Of a stretch of DNA of 64,000 nucleotides, positions 1-11,300 are shown piece by piece. The notes beneath the pieces were generated by a model. It did no database searches and had not been told where the DNA came from. It saw only the letters and a list, made by a program, of their open reading frames with translations. The translations under genes and the position numbers were made by a program. Positions within the stretch are counted from its first letter, which is position 1; each line of letters opens with the position of its first letter. The stretch is taken from positions 38,863 through 102,862 of IMG/VR virus record IMGVR_UViG_3300033120_000579; one strand, 5' to 3'. The stretch is from a virus. Its lineage: Duplodnaviria > Caudoviricetes.

Positions 1-1
1 T

Positions 2-391
2 GAAAATCGTAAATATAATGATAGAGGTTATCATGGTTGGCATGGACATTGTAAATATGAATTAAATAATTCTACTATAAAATTATCTGATAATGTTGGT
101 GGATGTGGTGTTCAACAATTATATGGATGGGGAGATTATAAAAATACATCAGAAATACCTAAATTATTAGATTATATTTTAAATGATTTACATTATGGTG
201 TTAGTATGATAATGTGTCAAATAGGTAGTGATTATTATGATACTTTATTTTGTAAAACAATTGAAAAATTAGGATTCAAATATCATGAAGAATATATTAA
301 TTATCAACATGGTGGTAGAGATACAGGTAGAATATATACCTTAATTATAAATAAAAATGATAAAAATAAAAGAATTACAGAAGAGGAGTAA
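2..391 (+). CDS. Hypothetical protein, 5'-truncated by the window edge
   Basis: The frame of ORF 206..391 is open back to position 2 (ENRKYNDRGYHGWHGHCKY...), so the real start lies upstream of the window. Confidence 0.7.
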   Translation, partial: ENRKYNDRGYHGWHGHCKYELNNSTIKLSDNVGGCGVQQLYGWGDYKNTSEIPKLLDYILNDLHYGVSMIMCQIGSDYYDTLFCKTIEKLGFKYHEEYINYQHGGRDTGRIYTLIINKNDKNKRITEEE

Positions 392-1103
392 ATTAATTGA
401 AGGTAGAAGTTTTGGTACTGGATTTACTATTTTAAATAAAATTGATGAAAATAAATATAAAACTTATTTACCATTTACAGCATGTAGAGATTATTTTAAT
501 GATTTTATATATTGTGAATTAACTAAAGAAGAAATTGGTATTGCTGCAGGATATAATCATAAAATATTAAATTGTTTTGATGATAAAAAATTATTTTATT
601 TAGGAGTCAACACTCTTCATAATCAAAGAGGTGGTTTTTATAATGATTTTGATAAACATAAAAAATTGTTAACTGAAAATTATAAAAATTTAGAATCTTT
701 ATTAAATACTATAGAGTCTAAATTAAATTTAAAATATAAATCTAAAATTGAATTAGATGAAGATGCTTTAATTATCGAAGCTCCTATTTATTGGACTAAA
801 AGTACAGCATTAATTAGTGTTTATACATTATTTATTCGTTGCTTTTTTGATGTACATGAAATTGTTTCAAAAGATAATATTGATAATATTATTATAAATA
901 AAAAACCATTTATTCCTGCAGATCATTATTATAATTATTATAAAGAATTTTATAATAAAATGTTAGATATAGATTTTATTAATTTAGATTATCAACCTTC
1001 TATGAAATATAATAAAAACGGAGTACATAATTTTGGAATTGCTGGTGTTTTAAATCAAATAAAAGATAATGAAAAAAATAATAAAGAAGTTATCCCAGTC
1101 TAA
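357..1103 (+). CDS. Hypothetical phage protein (248 aa)
   Basis: Long ORF overlapping both neighbours; no motif I can assign. Confidence 0.7.
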   Translation: MIKIKELQKRSKLIEGRSFGTGFTILNKIDENKYKTYLPFTACRDYFNDFIYCELTKEEIGIAAGYNHKILNCFDDKKLFYLGVNTLHNQRGGFYNDFDKHKKLLTENYKNLESLLNTIESKLNLKYKSKIELDEDALIIEAPIYWTKSTALISVYTLFIRCFFDVHEIVSKDNIDNIIINKKPFIPADHYYNYYKEFYNKMLDIDFINLDYQPSMKYNKNGVHNFGIAGVLNQIKDNEKNNKEVIPV

Positions 1104-1353
1104 TGAATATGAATATAATTTATTAAAAGCATCAGAAGAACTTCAAGAATTGTCACTTGCATTGACTCAATTAGTTAATAAGCCTAATAAAGTTGATACT
1201 CAAGAAATTATAGATGAACTAGGAGATGTTACTATTAGATTGAAAATTCTTAAAGAGTTGTTTGATAAAGAAGCAGTTAAGAAAAGGATTAAATATAAAA
1301 TTAGTAAATTTAAATCTTATATTAAAAATGATAAATATAAAGGTAAAATATAG
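1069..1353 (+). CDS. MazG-like nucleotide pyrophosphohydrolase
   Basis: EExxEL...EIIDELGDV acidic helical motif typical of all-alpha NTP pyrophosphatases. Confidence 0.7.
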   Translation: MKKIIKKLSQSNEYEYNLLKASEELQELSLALTQLVNKPNKVDTQEIIDELGDVTIRLKILKELFDKEAVKKRIKYKISKFKSYIKNDKYKGKI

Positions 1354-1847
1354 TGGGAGTAGTTAGATATATTTCAGATCCACATTTTGGACATCGAAAT
1401 ATGGCTATTAGACGTGGATTTAAGGATGAAAATGAAATGGATGAACATATTATATCAGAATGGAATAAAGTTGTTAATAAACGTGATACTGTATGGATTC
1501 TTGGTGATATAACTATGGAAAAATCTAACTATGAAATATTAGATAGATTAAATGGAATTAAAAAAGTCATCTTAGGTAATCATGATGAACCTCAACATGT
1601 ACCTAAATTATTACAATTTGTAAATAAAGTTTGTGCTGTTCAATACGTTAAAAATAAAGAATTTGGGAATTTAATATTTAGTCATATTCCAATACATCCA
1701 CAAGAATTAGAATATAGATTTAATATAAATATTCATGGGCATGTTCATGAAAATACTTTAAATGATAGGAGATATATAAATGTATCTGCTGAAGTTATAG
1801 ATTATAAACCTAAATTATTAAGTGAAATAATAAAATATGAGAAATAA
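1353..1847 (+). CDS. Calcineurin-like metallophosphoesterase
   Basis: SDPH, LGD, GNHD, SH and HGHVH metal-binding motifs in order; GTG start. Confidence 0.9.
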   Translation: MGVVRYISDPHFGHRNMAIRRGFKDENEMDEHIISEWNKVVNKRDTVWILGDITMEKSNYEILDRLNGIKKVILGNHDEPQHVPKLLQFVNKVCAVQYVKNKEFGNLIFSHIPIHPQELEYRFNINIHGHVHENTLNDRRYINVSAEVIDYKPKLLSEIIKYEK

Positions 1848-2124
1848 AAATAGAATTCCAATTGTTTTAAATATATTTGAAAATAATGATAAAGCTTTAA
1901 TTGAATTTCTAGGTACAAATAGTAGTAAATTAATTCATAATATTTATGATAATTGGGATGAAATTGATGAAACTTGGAATAAGTATCCAGATCTAAGATT
2001 TGGTCAATTATTAGTTAATTTAAGATTAATTCCTTCAATAGATATTGAGAATAAAATTTGGAATATTGAAGAAAATAATTGGTTAATTAAAAACAATTAC
2101 TTAGATGCAGGAACAAAGATTTAA
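1837..2124 (+). CDS. Hypothetical phage protein
   Basis: MRNKNRI...W..YPDLRFGQLL pattern of a small phage protein family; function unknown. Confidence 0.65.
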   Translation: MRNKNRIPIVLNIFENNDKALIEFLGTNSSKLIHNIYDNWDEIDETWNKYPDLRFGQLLVNLRLIPSIDIENKIWNIEENNWLIKNNYLDAGTKI

Positions 2125-2428
2125 TGAAGTAGTTGATCAAACTTTAAATGAAATCAGAGAAACTCTCATTGTCAAAGCAAAAGAGTACAGACGTAATAAT
2201 AATGTATTTCACAACTTTGATGAAGGTAGTAAACGTTCTGGACTAATTAGAGAAAAGGTATTAGATGGAATGTTATTAAAACATGAAATATCTATTGCAG
2301 ATATGACTAATGATTTAACAGAAGGTAAATTACCTAAAATAGAAACTGTTAATGAGAAATTTGGAGATAATTTAATATACTTAATACTAAAGAAAGCTTC
2401 AATAATTGATAGAATTGAAAATGGTTAA
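2105..2428 (+). CDS. All-helical nucleotide-modification-associated / MazG-superfamily-like protein
   Basis: K..EY....FHNF...LLKH.....EKFGDNLIY pattern resembles the DUF1599/Nmad-type helical domain; lies in a nucleotide-enzyme cluster. Confidence 0.5.
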   Translation: MQEQRFNEVVDQTLNEIRETLIVKAKEYRRNNNVFHNFDEGSKRSGLIREKVLDGMLLKHEISIADMTNDLTEGKLPKIETVNEKFGDNLIYLILKKASIIDRIENG

Positions 2429-3281
2429 TTTTATAAACAGAAAATCAATGTTAATTAGATATTCAGGAAGATCGAGTGATTATATCACTCCTTCTTTTGG
2501 ATATGGTTGTTTACTAAATTGTTCATATTGTTATATGAAAAGACATTTACAAACAGGTTTATCTATTGCAAATAATTATAATGATATATTAACAGAAATT
2601 AATAATCATGCTTATTTTGATACTGTTGAAAAACCTAATCAAACAGATGATAAATTTATAACATATGATTTTGCTTGTAATGAAGATTTTGCGTTACATC
2701 TAAAATATCATAAATGGGAAAAAATATTTGATTTTTTTAAAGAACATCCTATAGCTAAAGGTACAATTGCAACTAAGATAATACCAGTTGAATTATTAAA
2801 TTATAATCCTAATAAAAAAATTAGAATAAGATTTAGTTTAATGCCTCAAATATACTCTACATTATTAGAACCTAATACACCATTAATTATTGATAGAATT
2901 AAAGCTATTAATACATTTATTGAATGTGGGTATGATATTCATATTAATTTTAGTCCTGTAATTGTAGATGAAAATTGGTTAAAATATTATAAAGAATTAT
3001 TTCAATTAGTTAATAATAATATTAAAAAAGAATATAAAAATGAAGTTAAATGTGAAGTTATATTTTTAACTCACAATGAAAGTAAACATTTACAAAATAT
3101 AAAAAATAATTTACAAGGTGAAGAATTATTATGGAAACCAGAAATACAAGAAAGTAAAGTTTCTACATATGGTGGTAAAAATTTAAGATATAAATTTAAA
3201 TTAAAACAAAGATATATTGAAGAATTTAAACAATTACATAATGAAGTAATACCTTGGAACAATATTAGATATATTTTTTAA
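2421..3281 (+). CDS. splB: Spore photoproduct lyase-like radical SAM protein
   Basis: GC-x3-C-x2-CY cluster motif (CLLNCSYC), DFACNED (Cys in the position of the SPL H-donor Cys), ATK, RIRFSLMP, INFSPVI, C-terminal RY..K and YIF. ATG 2421 preferred over TTG 2406. Confidence 0.85.
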   Translation: MVNFINRKSMLIRYSGRSSDYITPSFGYGCLLNCSYCYMKRHLQTGLSIANNYNDILTEINNHAYFDTVEKPNQTDDKFITYDFACNEDFALHLKYHKWEKIFDFFKEHPIAKGTIATKIIPVELLNYNPNKKIRIRFSLMPQIYSTLLEPNTPLIIDRIKAINTFIECGYDIHINFSPVIVDENWLKYYKELFQLVNNNIKKEYKNEVKCEVIFLTHNESKHLQNIKNNLQGEELLWKPEIQESKVSTYGGKNLRYKFKLKQRYIEEFKQLHNEVIPWNNIRYIF

Positions 3282-3297
3282 AATTAAATAATAAAAA

Positions 3298-3537
3298 ATG
3301 AGTAAATTAATAAAAGCAAATATACCAACACCTAAAAGTACAGTTATTAAAAGATTATATTTCGATAATAACAGAAATGATTTACGTGTTTATTTTAGAA
3401 GTGGTTCTGTATATGTATATACACCAGTTTCAGAAGAATTTTTTAATAAAATAAGTAAAGCTGAAAGTAAAGGTAAATTCTTTAATAAGAATATTAAGAA
3501 TAATGAAGCATTAACTTGTTTAAAATTGATTAAATAA
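3298..3537 (+). CDS. KTSC domain protein
   Basis: S..I....FD.....L.V.F.SG.VY.Y..V....F......AESKGKFFN..IK matches the KTSC pattern. Confidence 0.85.
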   Translation: MSKLIKANIPTPKSTVIKRLYFDNNRNDLRVYFRSGSVYVYTPVSEEFFNKISKAESKGKFFNKNIKNNEALTCLKLIK

Positions 3538-3701
3538 TGATTTATAATATAGAATTAACATCTGAAGAAATTCAAGTAATACAAGTTGCTTTAGATTTTA
3601 TATCTAATGGTAATATTGGATTTGAAGCTTTAGAAGGATATATAGATAAAGATATTGATCCTTGGGAAATTAATAATAGTTTAAAAGAAAAATTTAAATA
3701 A
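3537..3701 (+). CDS. Small hypothetical protein (54 aa, below the ORF-track cutoff)
   Basis: MIYNIELTSEEIQVIQVALDFISNG...; TAATG coupling at both ends fills the gap exactly. Confidence 0.7.
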   Translation: MIYNIELTSEEIQVIQVALDFISNGNIGFEALEGYIDKDIDPWEINNSLKEKFK

Positions 3702-4216
3702 TGAAATATTATTTATTAACATTTAATGAAGATTATGGTGATGAACATGATGTTCCAGCATTATCTTGTATGACAGAGAAAGAATATAATAATTGGTTAG
3801 AAACTCCTTCTGGAGAATTAAATATTAATTATGAACTAGAGTTAGAAAAATTTAATACTAATAAAAAAATTAGAGATACTTTTAGTATTAAATGTAAACA
3901 AATTTTAGGAGATAATTGGAATTCTATACCATTTACTCAATGGTCTGACGATTTATTAAAAGAATATAAAGAATTACCTAAAAATAGTTTTAGAGATTAT
4001 CCTACAAAATTAAATTCTTCTAAAATGTATGCCTCATTAGGTAATTCAGGCGAATGCTTTTATGAAAATTATATGAATTATTATTTAATGAAAGAATTTG
4101 TTGAAGCTAATTTAGTTAAAATATTAGAAGTAACAGAAGAGTTTTATAATATATTTTATAAAGCAAATTTAAATAATTTAAGTTTATGTAATGTTTTTAA
4201 AATAAATGAATATTAA
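3701..4216 (+). CDS. Hypothetical protein (171 aa)
   Basis: Last gene of the + strand block, coupled start. Confidence 0.7.
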   Translation: MKYYLLTFNEDYGDEHDVPALSCMTEKEYNNWLETPSGELNINYELELEKFNTNKKIRDTFSIKCKQILGDNWNSIPFTQWSDDLLKEYKELPKNSFRDYPTKLNSSKMYASLGNSGECFYENYMNYYLMKEFVEANLVKILEVTEEFYNIFYKANLNNLSLCNVFKINEY

Positions 4217-4224
4217 TTAAACAC

Positions 4225-4274
4225 AAAAAGACTCATAAAGAATCCTTAATTGGAAACTCTACGAGTCTTTTTTT
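4225..4274. terminator. Bidirectional intrinsic terminator between convergent blocks
   Basis: AAAAAGACTC...GAGTCTTTTTTTT inverted repeat with A and T tracts, located between stops at 4216 and 4289. Confidence 0.8.
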
Positions 4275-4288
4275 TATACCCTATAAAT

Positions 4289-7200
4289 TTATTTACCAAA
4301 TCTACTGTTTAATCCATTATATAATTCTTCAGAAGTAACTTCTAATTTACTTAATACTGGAATTAATTTTTCAGTTTTTCTAACAATTTTTAATTCACCT
4401 TTATTTTTACCTGTTTGATATTTATCATCAATTTCAGCCCAATTCCAAGGTAAAATATATTCAGCTACATCTAATGTTTGCTCAATAATTCTAAGTGATG
4501 GAATAGGACTTTTAGTAATTTTAGTAGCCTCTCTAGGATCTCTAAATTGACTAAGTTCAGATTCTAATCTTCTTGATAAGAATGCAACTGTCCATAACCA
4601 TTTGTTATCATCATCTCCATCTGCTGCACCTGCAGCTAACATTCCAATTAATGGAAGTATTGCTCCAGTTAAAGCTAATTCCATTACAGACTTTTTAATA
4701 CCAGCTTTTTTATCATCTGATAATTCATTCCAGTTAGAACTTAATATATCAAATTTAAGTTGTCTTAAAGCAGGATAAACCCCATGAATAAGAAATCTAG
4801 CTGTACTTACATAAGAACCTTCTTCAGTAGTTCTAAGTGCGTTATTAAAATGAATATCTTCTTCAGTTAAGTTGTCTTGATGTTTATAAAATGATTGAGC
4901 ACCTCTAAATCTAGCTACAGCTTGTGGTATTAAATAACGTCTAAACAACATTATCATTTTACCCCACCAATGTCTATAAGCTTCAGGTTGTAAATTAGAA
5001 TCATAATTACCCATTGTGTCAAAAATCTTTTTCTTTACAAATAATAATAGTTGTTCCTTACCGCCTTCATTAAGTTTAGAACTTAAACTTCTATTAGTAT
5101 AAACAACTTTATCATTCATTCTAACAATACCTTTATCATCTTTAGCTAACATGTCTAATACTGATACAGCATCTTTTTCACTTACAATTTCACCATTTTT
5201 ATTAATGTAATTATTATTAATATCCATAACTTTAATAGATTCTAGTGTAGCCATAACCATAATAGATTGAACATAGTGTTCACCTCCAGAATGTAAAATT
5301 TGTAAAGATTCAAAATTGACTGCTGTTTTAGCAATACTATTTTTAATAAATTCTTGTTGTTGAACTGTAAATCCACCAAAAGTATCAAACATTTGATTAA
5401 CCTGATTTACAAATGATTGTTTAACTGGTCTAGAATAATCTCCAAAAATATTAGGTAAATCTTTAGTATAAATTTCATTAGCTTTTTTAACAGAACCTTT
5501 AGTTAAATGATTACCTGCAACTCTTTCTAAAAATATTTGAGCTTGAGCATTTAAAACGTTTGCTGCTGCTGAAAATGTATTTAATGACAAACCTATAGAA
5601 GATACCCAACTATTAGTTGTACTAATAATTTTATTAACATCTAAAGGTCCCATTTTACCATAAGTAATATGAAATAAATCATAAATATTCTTTTCAATTA
5701 AATTACTAATCATTTTATATTCATTAGAATCAATACCTCTTTTAGTAGATTCTTTTTCTCTTTTAGCATATTTATTTAAAATAGAAATATTTCCTGCAGT
5801 TTTATTATAGTATTCTTTATTTTTAGCAATCATTTTAATTGCTTCAACTTGTAATGAAATAGCTTGTTTTTCTTTGTAATTTATACCATTAATACGATTT
5901 AAACGATTGATTGTAAATAAGTCTAAAGATTGTTGATCTGGGCTAATATCACCTCTGTAATGAACTCTTAACATATTTACAGAATTACCTTTACTATCTA
6001 AACGTTGTTCAACATATCCAATATCATCAGGTCTAATTTCAGTTAAATCTTTCCAAGCATCTTTTAAAATACCTTTAGTATTACCTTCAAGAATTCTTTC
6101 TTCATTAGATTTGGTTACAGAAGGTAAATTATAATAAGTAATTCCTAAAAATGGTTGAATTAATGATTGAATACTATTAGTTTGAGTATCTGTAATTTTA
6201 GTATCACTAATAAAATGATTAAGAACTTCTTTTTCAATTTTACTTAATTTAGATAAATCATTTTTCCATTTACTAGTTGGTATTTTAATTCCATCTACAT
6301 TAACAGTATTATCTTTTATAAATTTAGAAAATTTATTTCTAGCTTTAATATATTCAACATCTTTAGAATTATTTTCAGAAGCTTTATATTTAGCTATTTT
6401 ATCATTTTTTAATCTTAAATATTCTTCTCTAAATTTAATAGAGTATTCTCCTTTATAATAAGCTTTACCAGTACTATCAAATTCTAATAAATTGGTATAT
6501 AATTTAGTTGGGATACTAGAACCTCTTTCTTTAACTAATTTATCAAATAATTCAGCATCTTTAAAATCACCTTCTCTAGTTTGTTCAATAATTTTTTCTC
6601 TAGCTTGAGTAATTAAGTTAAATGTAATACTAACTAATCTAGAATTATTATTAATAGCATCCATAAATTTAACAGAAGCTGAAGAAATATCTGTTCCAAT
6701 ACCAATTAATAATAATTCAATTTCTTTATCTAAATCAAGTTGTATCTCATCTTTAAATGTAGTATTCATTTGTTGAGAAACCCATTCAGTTTGACTTATA
6801 TTAGTTAAACCTCTTTGTTTAAATTCAGCATTTAATCTTTTTCTCCATTTATCTTCAATTTGAGGTAAATAATTAATATTATTTAATTGATTTTTAAGAA
6901 TATCTATTAATTTACTATTAAGTCTTTTCTCTAATAAATCATGTTTACCTGTTGCATCTGATATACTTTTTTCTATTTCATCAACAAGTTCTTGACCAAC
7001 TTCATCAATTTTATCTTGATTTAAAGAAGTAATTAAAGTTGAAACATCATCAATTAAATCATAAGAAGACATATAACTTTTATACAATTCAATTATTTCT
7101 AAACCATTAGATTGAGTTAAATCTTCATTTTTAAGTCTAGTTTCTAATTGTTCAATTGTTGATAACATTGATTTAGTATAAACTGCTACACCTTTCCATT

Positions 7201-8374
7201 GATTAATTCCATCAACTTTATCTATTTCAGAAATTAATTCTTTAATATGTTGTTCAAATTTAGTACCTTTGGCTTCATTATTTTTTTTATAAGACTTACT
7301 ACGGTCTAATAAATTATCTAAATTATCTTTAGCTTTATTTAAAGTTCTATTAAGTCTATCTTCGATTGTTTCAATTTTAGATTTAGAAGATTCTTTTTTA
7401 TTAGCAAATATTAATTTTTGTAAATTAGTACCTCTATAATCTCTTCTATCTTGTTGAACATAATCAACAACTTCTTCAATAAGTTTATCTATTTCCTTAG
7501 TCTTAGCTAATCCAAATAAGCGTCTTATAGCGTCAATAAATTGTTTCCAATATGAAGTATTATTTTCTCGATCTAAAGCTTTTAATTCTTCTCTAAATGC
7601 TTTATTAGCATATATTTCAGCTACAAATTCCTTTTCATTTGTAAATCCATAACTTTGTATATCTAAAGAAAAATCTCCTATATCTTTAACACTTTTATCA
7701 ACTTGTTTATTAAAATAATTAATATACCATTTATTAATTAAATTTTTAAAATCTTTTTCTTCAAAAGTTTGAGGATTTAATAGAGCTTGTAATGTTTGAG
7801 AATGTGCTAATTCATGTAAAAATGTTTCAACTACTTCATCTGTAGTAAAATTACCTAATCTTTGTCTATTTGCTTGAATTGTGTTAGTATCACTATTAAT
7901 TTGCATAACAGTATTTTCATCAGACATTGCTACTTCAGATACAAATTGAAATTTAGCTCCAGTTCTACCAATTAATCTTCTAGATTTTTCTAATAATTCA
8001 ATACCAATAGGAGATAAATTCTTATAATTATTAAGAATATTTTCAAGAATTTCATCTACAGTAATCTTACCTTGTTGATTATTAAATAAAACTCTATTAT
8101 TTTCATTAGAATAATCAATTGTTTCATCACTAATAACTTCAGTATTTTCACTCCAATCTAATTCATTTTTTTTAGACCCTTTAAGATTGTTAAAAATATT
8201 TTCAACTTTTTCAATTTGTTCAGATTGAATTACATCTTCAACTTTAGGGTATGAATCTAAACCATTTTTATCTTGATATTGACTTATTCTCATTTCTAAT
8301 AAAAGTGAAGGAAGCTTAGTAGCTTCCAACAACTCTTGAAATTCTTTTGAACTGGTGTTAATGCAGTTTACCAT
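4289..8374 (-). CDS. Giant virion cargo/ejection protein with N-terminal zincin-like domain (1361 aa)
   Basis: HELAH followed by NEKEFVAE (HExxH...E); C-terminal hydrophobic segment; third of three giant genes around the RNAP, as in crAss-like phages. Confidence 0.75.
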   Translation of the reverse strand: MVNCINTSSKEFQELLEATKLPSLLLEMRISQYQDKNGLDSYPKVEDVIQSEQIEKVENIFNNLKGSKKNELDWSENTEVISDETIDYSNENNRVLFNNQQGKITVDEILENILNNYKNLSPIGIELLEKSRRLIGRTGAKFQFVSEVAMSDENTVMQINSDTNTIQANRQRLGNFTTDEVVETFLHELAHSQTLQALLNPQTFEEKDFKNLINKWYINYFNKQVDKSVKDIGDFSLDIQSYGFTNEKEFVAEIYANKAFREELKALDRENNTSYWKQFIDAIRRLFGLAKTKEIDKLIEEVVDYVQQDRRDYRGTNLQKLIFANKKESSKSKIETIEDRLNRTLNKAKDNLDNLLDRSKSYKKNNEAKGTKFEQHIKELISEIDKVDGINQWKGVAVYTKSMLSTIEQLETRLKNEDLTQSNGLEIIELYKSYMSSYDLIDDVSTLITSLNQDKIDEVGQELVDEIEKSISDATGKHDLLEKRLNSKLIDILKNQLNNINYLPQIEDKWRKRLNAEFKQRGLTNISQTEWVSQQMNTTFKDEIQLDLDKEIELLLIGIGTDISSASVKFMDAINNNSRLVSITFNLITQAREKIIEQTREGDFKDAELFDKLVKERGSSIPTKLYTNLLEFDSTGKAYYKGEYSIKFREEYLRLKNDKIAKYKASENNSKDVEYIKARNKFSKFIKDNTVNVDGIKIPTSKWKNDLSKLSKIEKEVLNHFISDTKITDTQTNSIQSLIQPFLGITYYNLPSVTKSNEERILEGNTKGILKDAWKDLTEIRPDDIGYVEQRLDSKGNSVNMLRVHYRGDISPDQQSLDLFTINRLNRINGINYKEKQAISLQVEAIKMIAKNKEYYNKTAGNISILNKYAKREKESTKRGIDSNEYKMISNLIEKNIYDLFHITYGKMGPLDVNKIISTTNSWVSSIGLSLNTFSAAANVLNAQAQIFLERVAGNHLTKGSVKKANEIYTKDLPNIFGDYSRPVKQSFVNQVNQMFDTFGGFTVQQQEFIKNSIAKTAVNFESLQILHSGGEHYVQSIMVMATLESIKVMDINNNYINKNGEIVSEKDAVSVLDMLAKDDKGIVRMNDKVVYTNRSLSSKLNEGGKEQLLLFVKKKIFDTMGNYDSNLQPEAYRHWWGKMIMLFRRYLIPQAVARFRGAQSFYKHQDNLTEEDIHFNNALRTTEEGSYVSTARFLIHGVYPALRQLKFDILSSNWNELSDDKKAGIKKSVMELALTGAILPLIGMLAAGAADGDDDNKWLWTVAFLSRRLESELSQFRDPREATKITKSPIPSLRIIEQTLDVAEYILPWNWAEIDDKYQTGKNKGELKIVRKTEKLIPVLSKLEVTSEELYNGLNSRFGK

Positions 8375-11300
8375 TATTTACATTTTTTAATATACTCTTT
8401 AACATATTCTTCTCCAAATTCTCGAATCATATCATTAAATTGTTCTTCATTAATATTACTTTCTTCCATTACTTCTTTATTTTGAATCCATAATTTATCT
8501 TCTAATTCAGATTCTTTTTTAACAATAACATTCTCTCTATAAAATATATCTCTAGGATAAATAGCTTCATTATTAAAAAACTCTAATTGTTGTTTATTCA
8601 TAATTCCAGCAATACCTTTAGTAGGTTCTCTAAGATTAATACCTTCTATATCAAAGTTAATAATTCTATTACCTTTCTTATCTTTTACATTAAGATTTTT
8701 AATATCAGTGTATTCACCATTAATATTAGGAATGAATCTAGTATAAATTCCTTGATAGTTTGAATTATATCCAATTAATTTATAATAAATTGGTGGTAAA
8801 CCTTGATCATTCTTTTTAATTCTAAAATAACTTACTTTACCAGGTTTCTTAACCAAGAATCCATTCAAATTTCTTAATTCTTTTTGAATTTGACCATCTG
8901 TAATATTTTTAACAAACTTAGTATCTTCTAAATTAGATAAAAAGAATTGATCTATAAAATTATCATCATTAAATTCTTCATAACCATCATATTTAAATGA
9001 TGTATCAATTATATATCTATTGATATTATTTCTATTAAACCATTGTGTAGGAATCATAGTAAAGAATTGACTCATATGATTATTAAATCCAGATGTTAAA
9101 TATGAATATTTAATAAGTTTATTAGCAAATTCTTCATGATCATTTAATAAATCTAAAAATGAATTAGTCATACTATCTTCAAATTCTTTAGATTTTTTTC
9201 TATTATTTAAACCTACAAATTGTAGAATATCACCTTGTTTAATAGTCATTTGATCTATAATAGAATATAAACCTTCATTATCTTCTTTAAATAATTCAAA
9301 TTCTTTAACAAAATTTAAAGTTAAATCTCTTCTTTCTTGATTAGTCATTTTAAGTGGTTGAAAACCTGACATAATATAACTATAAAAAGTTTTATCTAAT
9401 TGTTTACTTAAATTTTGATCTAATAATACTTCATTATTAACATTATGTGATATTTCATTAAAAGTATCTTGAATAGTGTCATTAGCAATTAAGAATAATT
9501 TAGGATTAGCTTTAACTATTTGTTCAGGTTTAATAATTATATTTTTATAATATTTACTAAACATACTTTCAGAACCATTTGGATTTGTAAATTTAGAACT
9601 AAACCCTAATATAATATTTTTCTTAAATTTAATTTTATCTTCATAAGATAAATTATTATATTTTTCTTCGGCATCTAATATAGAATCTACAGCATTTTTA
9701 GATATAATTAATGAATTAACACTACCTCCAATACCATTTACCATAAATTTAGATGCATCAATATTAGTTTTAATTGCTTTAGATGCGGATTGATATTCTA
9801 AAAAAGTATTAAATACATCCATTTGAAATTTATCATCAATATCCAATATATTACTTCTTAATGTATTTAAATTTTTATTAAAAATATTACCTTTAAAATA
9901 ATTTTTATATTCTTCTTGACCAAATCTTTGTTTAATAAAAGCTTCCATAGTACTAAGACCTTGATTTTGAGAACTTTCATATTGTTCAGAAAATTCTACA
10001 TATTCTTTAATAACTGGCTGTGCTAAGAAAGCATTTACATAAAATGGATGTACACCTTTACGAAGTAACAAATTACCTGTATTAGTTGTCATAGTAACCC
10101 AATTACCTTCTGTGATATATGGATCTTTAGCTATATCTACAAATGCATTAAGAATTGCAGATAATGAATGTCCAATTTTAATAGATTTTAATTTATTAAC
10201 TTCTTCTTTACTAAGATTTAATTCTTTAGCATAATAATCTAAATCAGATTGAGATAATTCTTGTGAATATTCCATATCTAACTTATCATTACTTCTAGGA
10301 ACTTCAAAATTAGTTATATTTAAATCAGCTAAACTTCCTAATACATAATCCATTAATGAGTTAGCTTGTTGTCCTACACCAGCTTTACCCGCTAAGAAAC
10401 TATATTTAACATCTATATCTTTTAATTGATTAAATGTAGATAAATTAGTTGTAGGTGCTACTTTAGAAATACTTCTAATATCATTTTTAATATAATCAAA
10501 ATCTACAGGTGTCATTACTTCACCAATAACATTTTCATTTAATAAAACAGATTTATATAACTCTATTAATCTATTTTGTAAAGCTTCTTTAGTTTGTTCT
10601 GATTCAGGTTTAGAATTATCATAATTTTGATAAACTAATTTATTATTTTCAACTTTATAAGCTGGAAACATTAGATACATTTTATCAATATCATAATCAG
10701 ACCCTGTTTTAGTAGTAATACCTGTATAAGCTACAACAGTATCACCAGTTTCTTCTGGTAATATTCCAACTATTTCTAAAGCATCATTAGAAGATAATCC
10801 TTGATTAGGAATTCTATATCCAATAATATTTTCTAATATTCTTTTATCAATTACTTCATTAAATAATTGTTCTGCTGTATATTTTTTATAATCTGGAATA
10901 TATTTAGCTATAAAACTACCTGATAATAATATACCACCAGGTCTAATTACTTTTTTACCATTTTCAGATAATATAAATTCACCATTTTCATCTTTAAGAA
11001 ATTGTGGCTCATGAGTAGTAGATAGCGCTCTAGGACTCCATATAACACCTTGTTTATTAGCATTTTCTTTATTAAGTCCAAAGTTACTCATTTGAATAAA
11101 TGACCCACCATTAGTCTTAATTTTAAGAATTCTTTTAGTTAAGATAGAACTGAATATATTTTGTAATTTATCTTTAGCTTGAGCTACTCCATAAATACTA
11201 ATTTCAGATTCTAAAGCATCAATAACATTTTGTGAACCACCTCTAGATTTTAATTCAGATATAATAGAATTATAAAATCCTTCAATATTAGTTATAGTTC

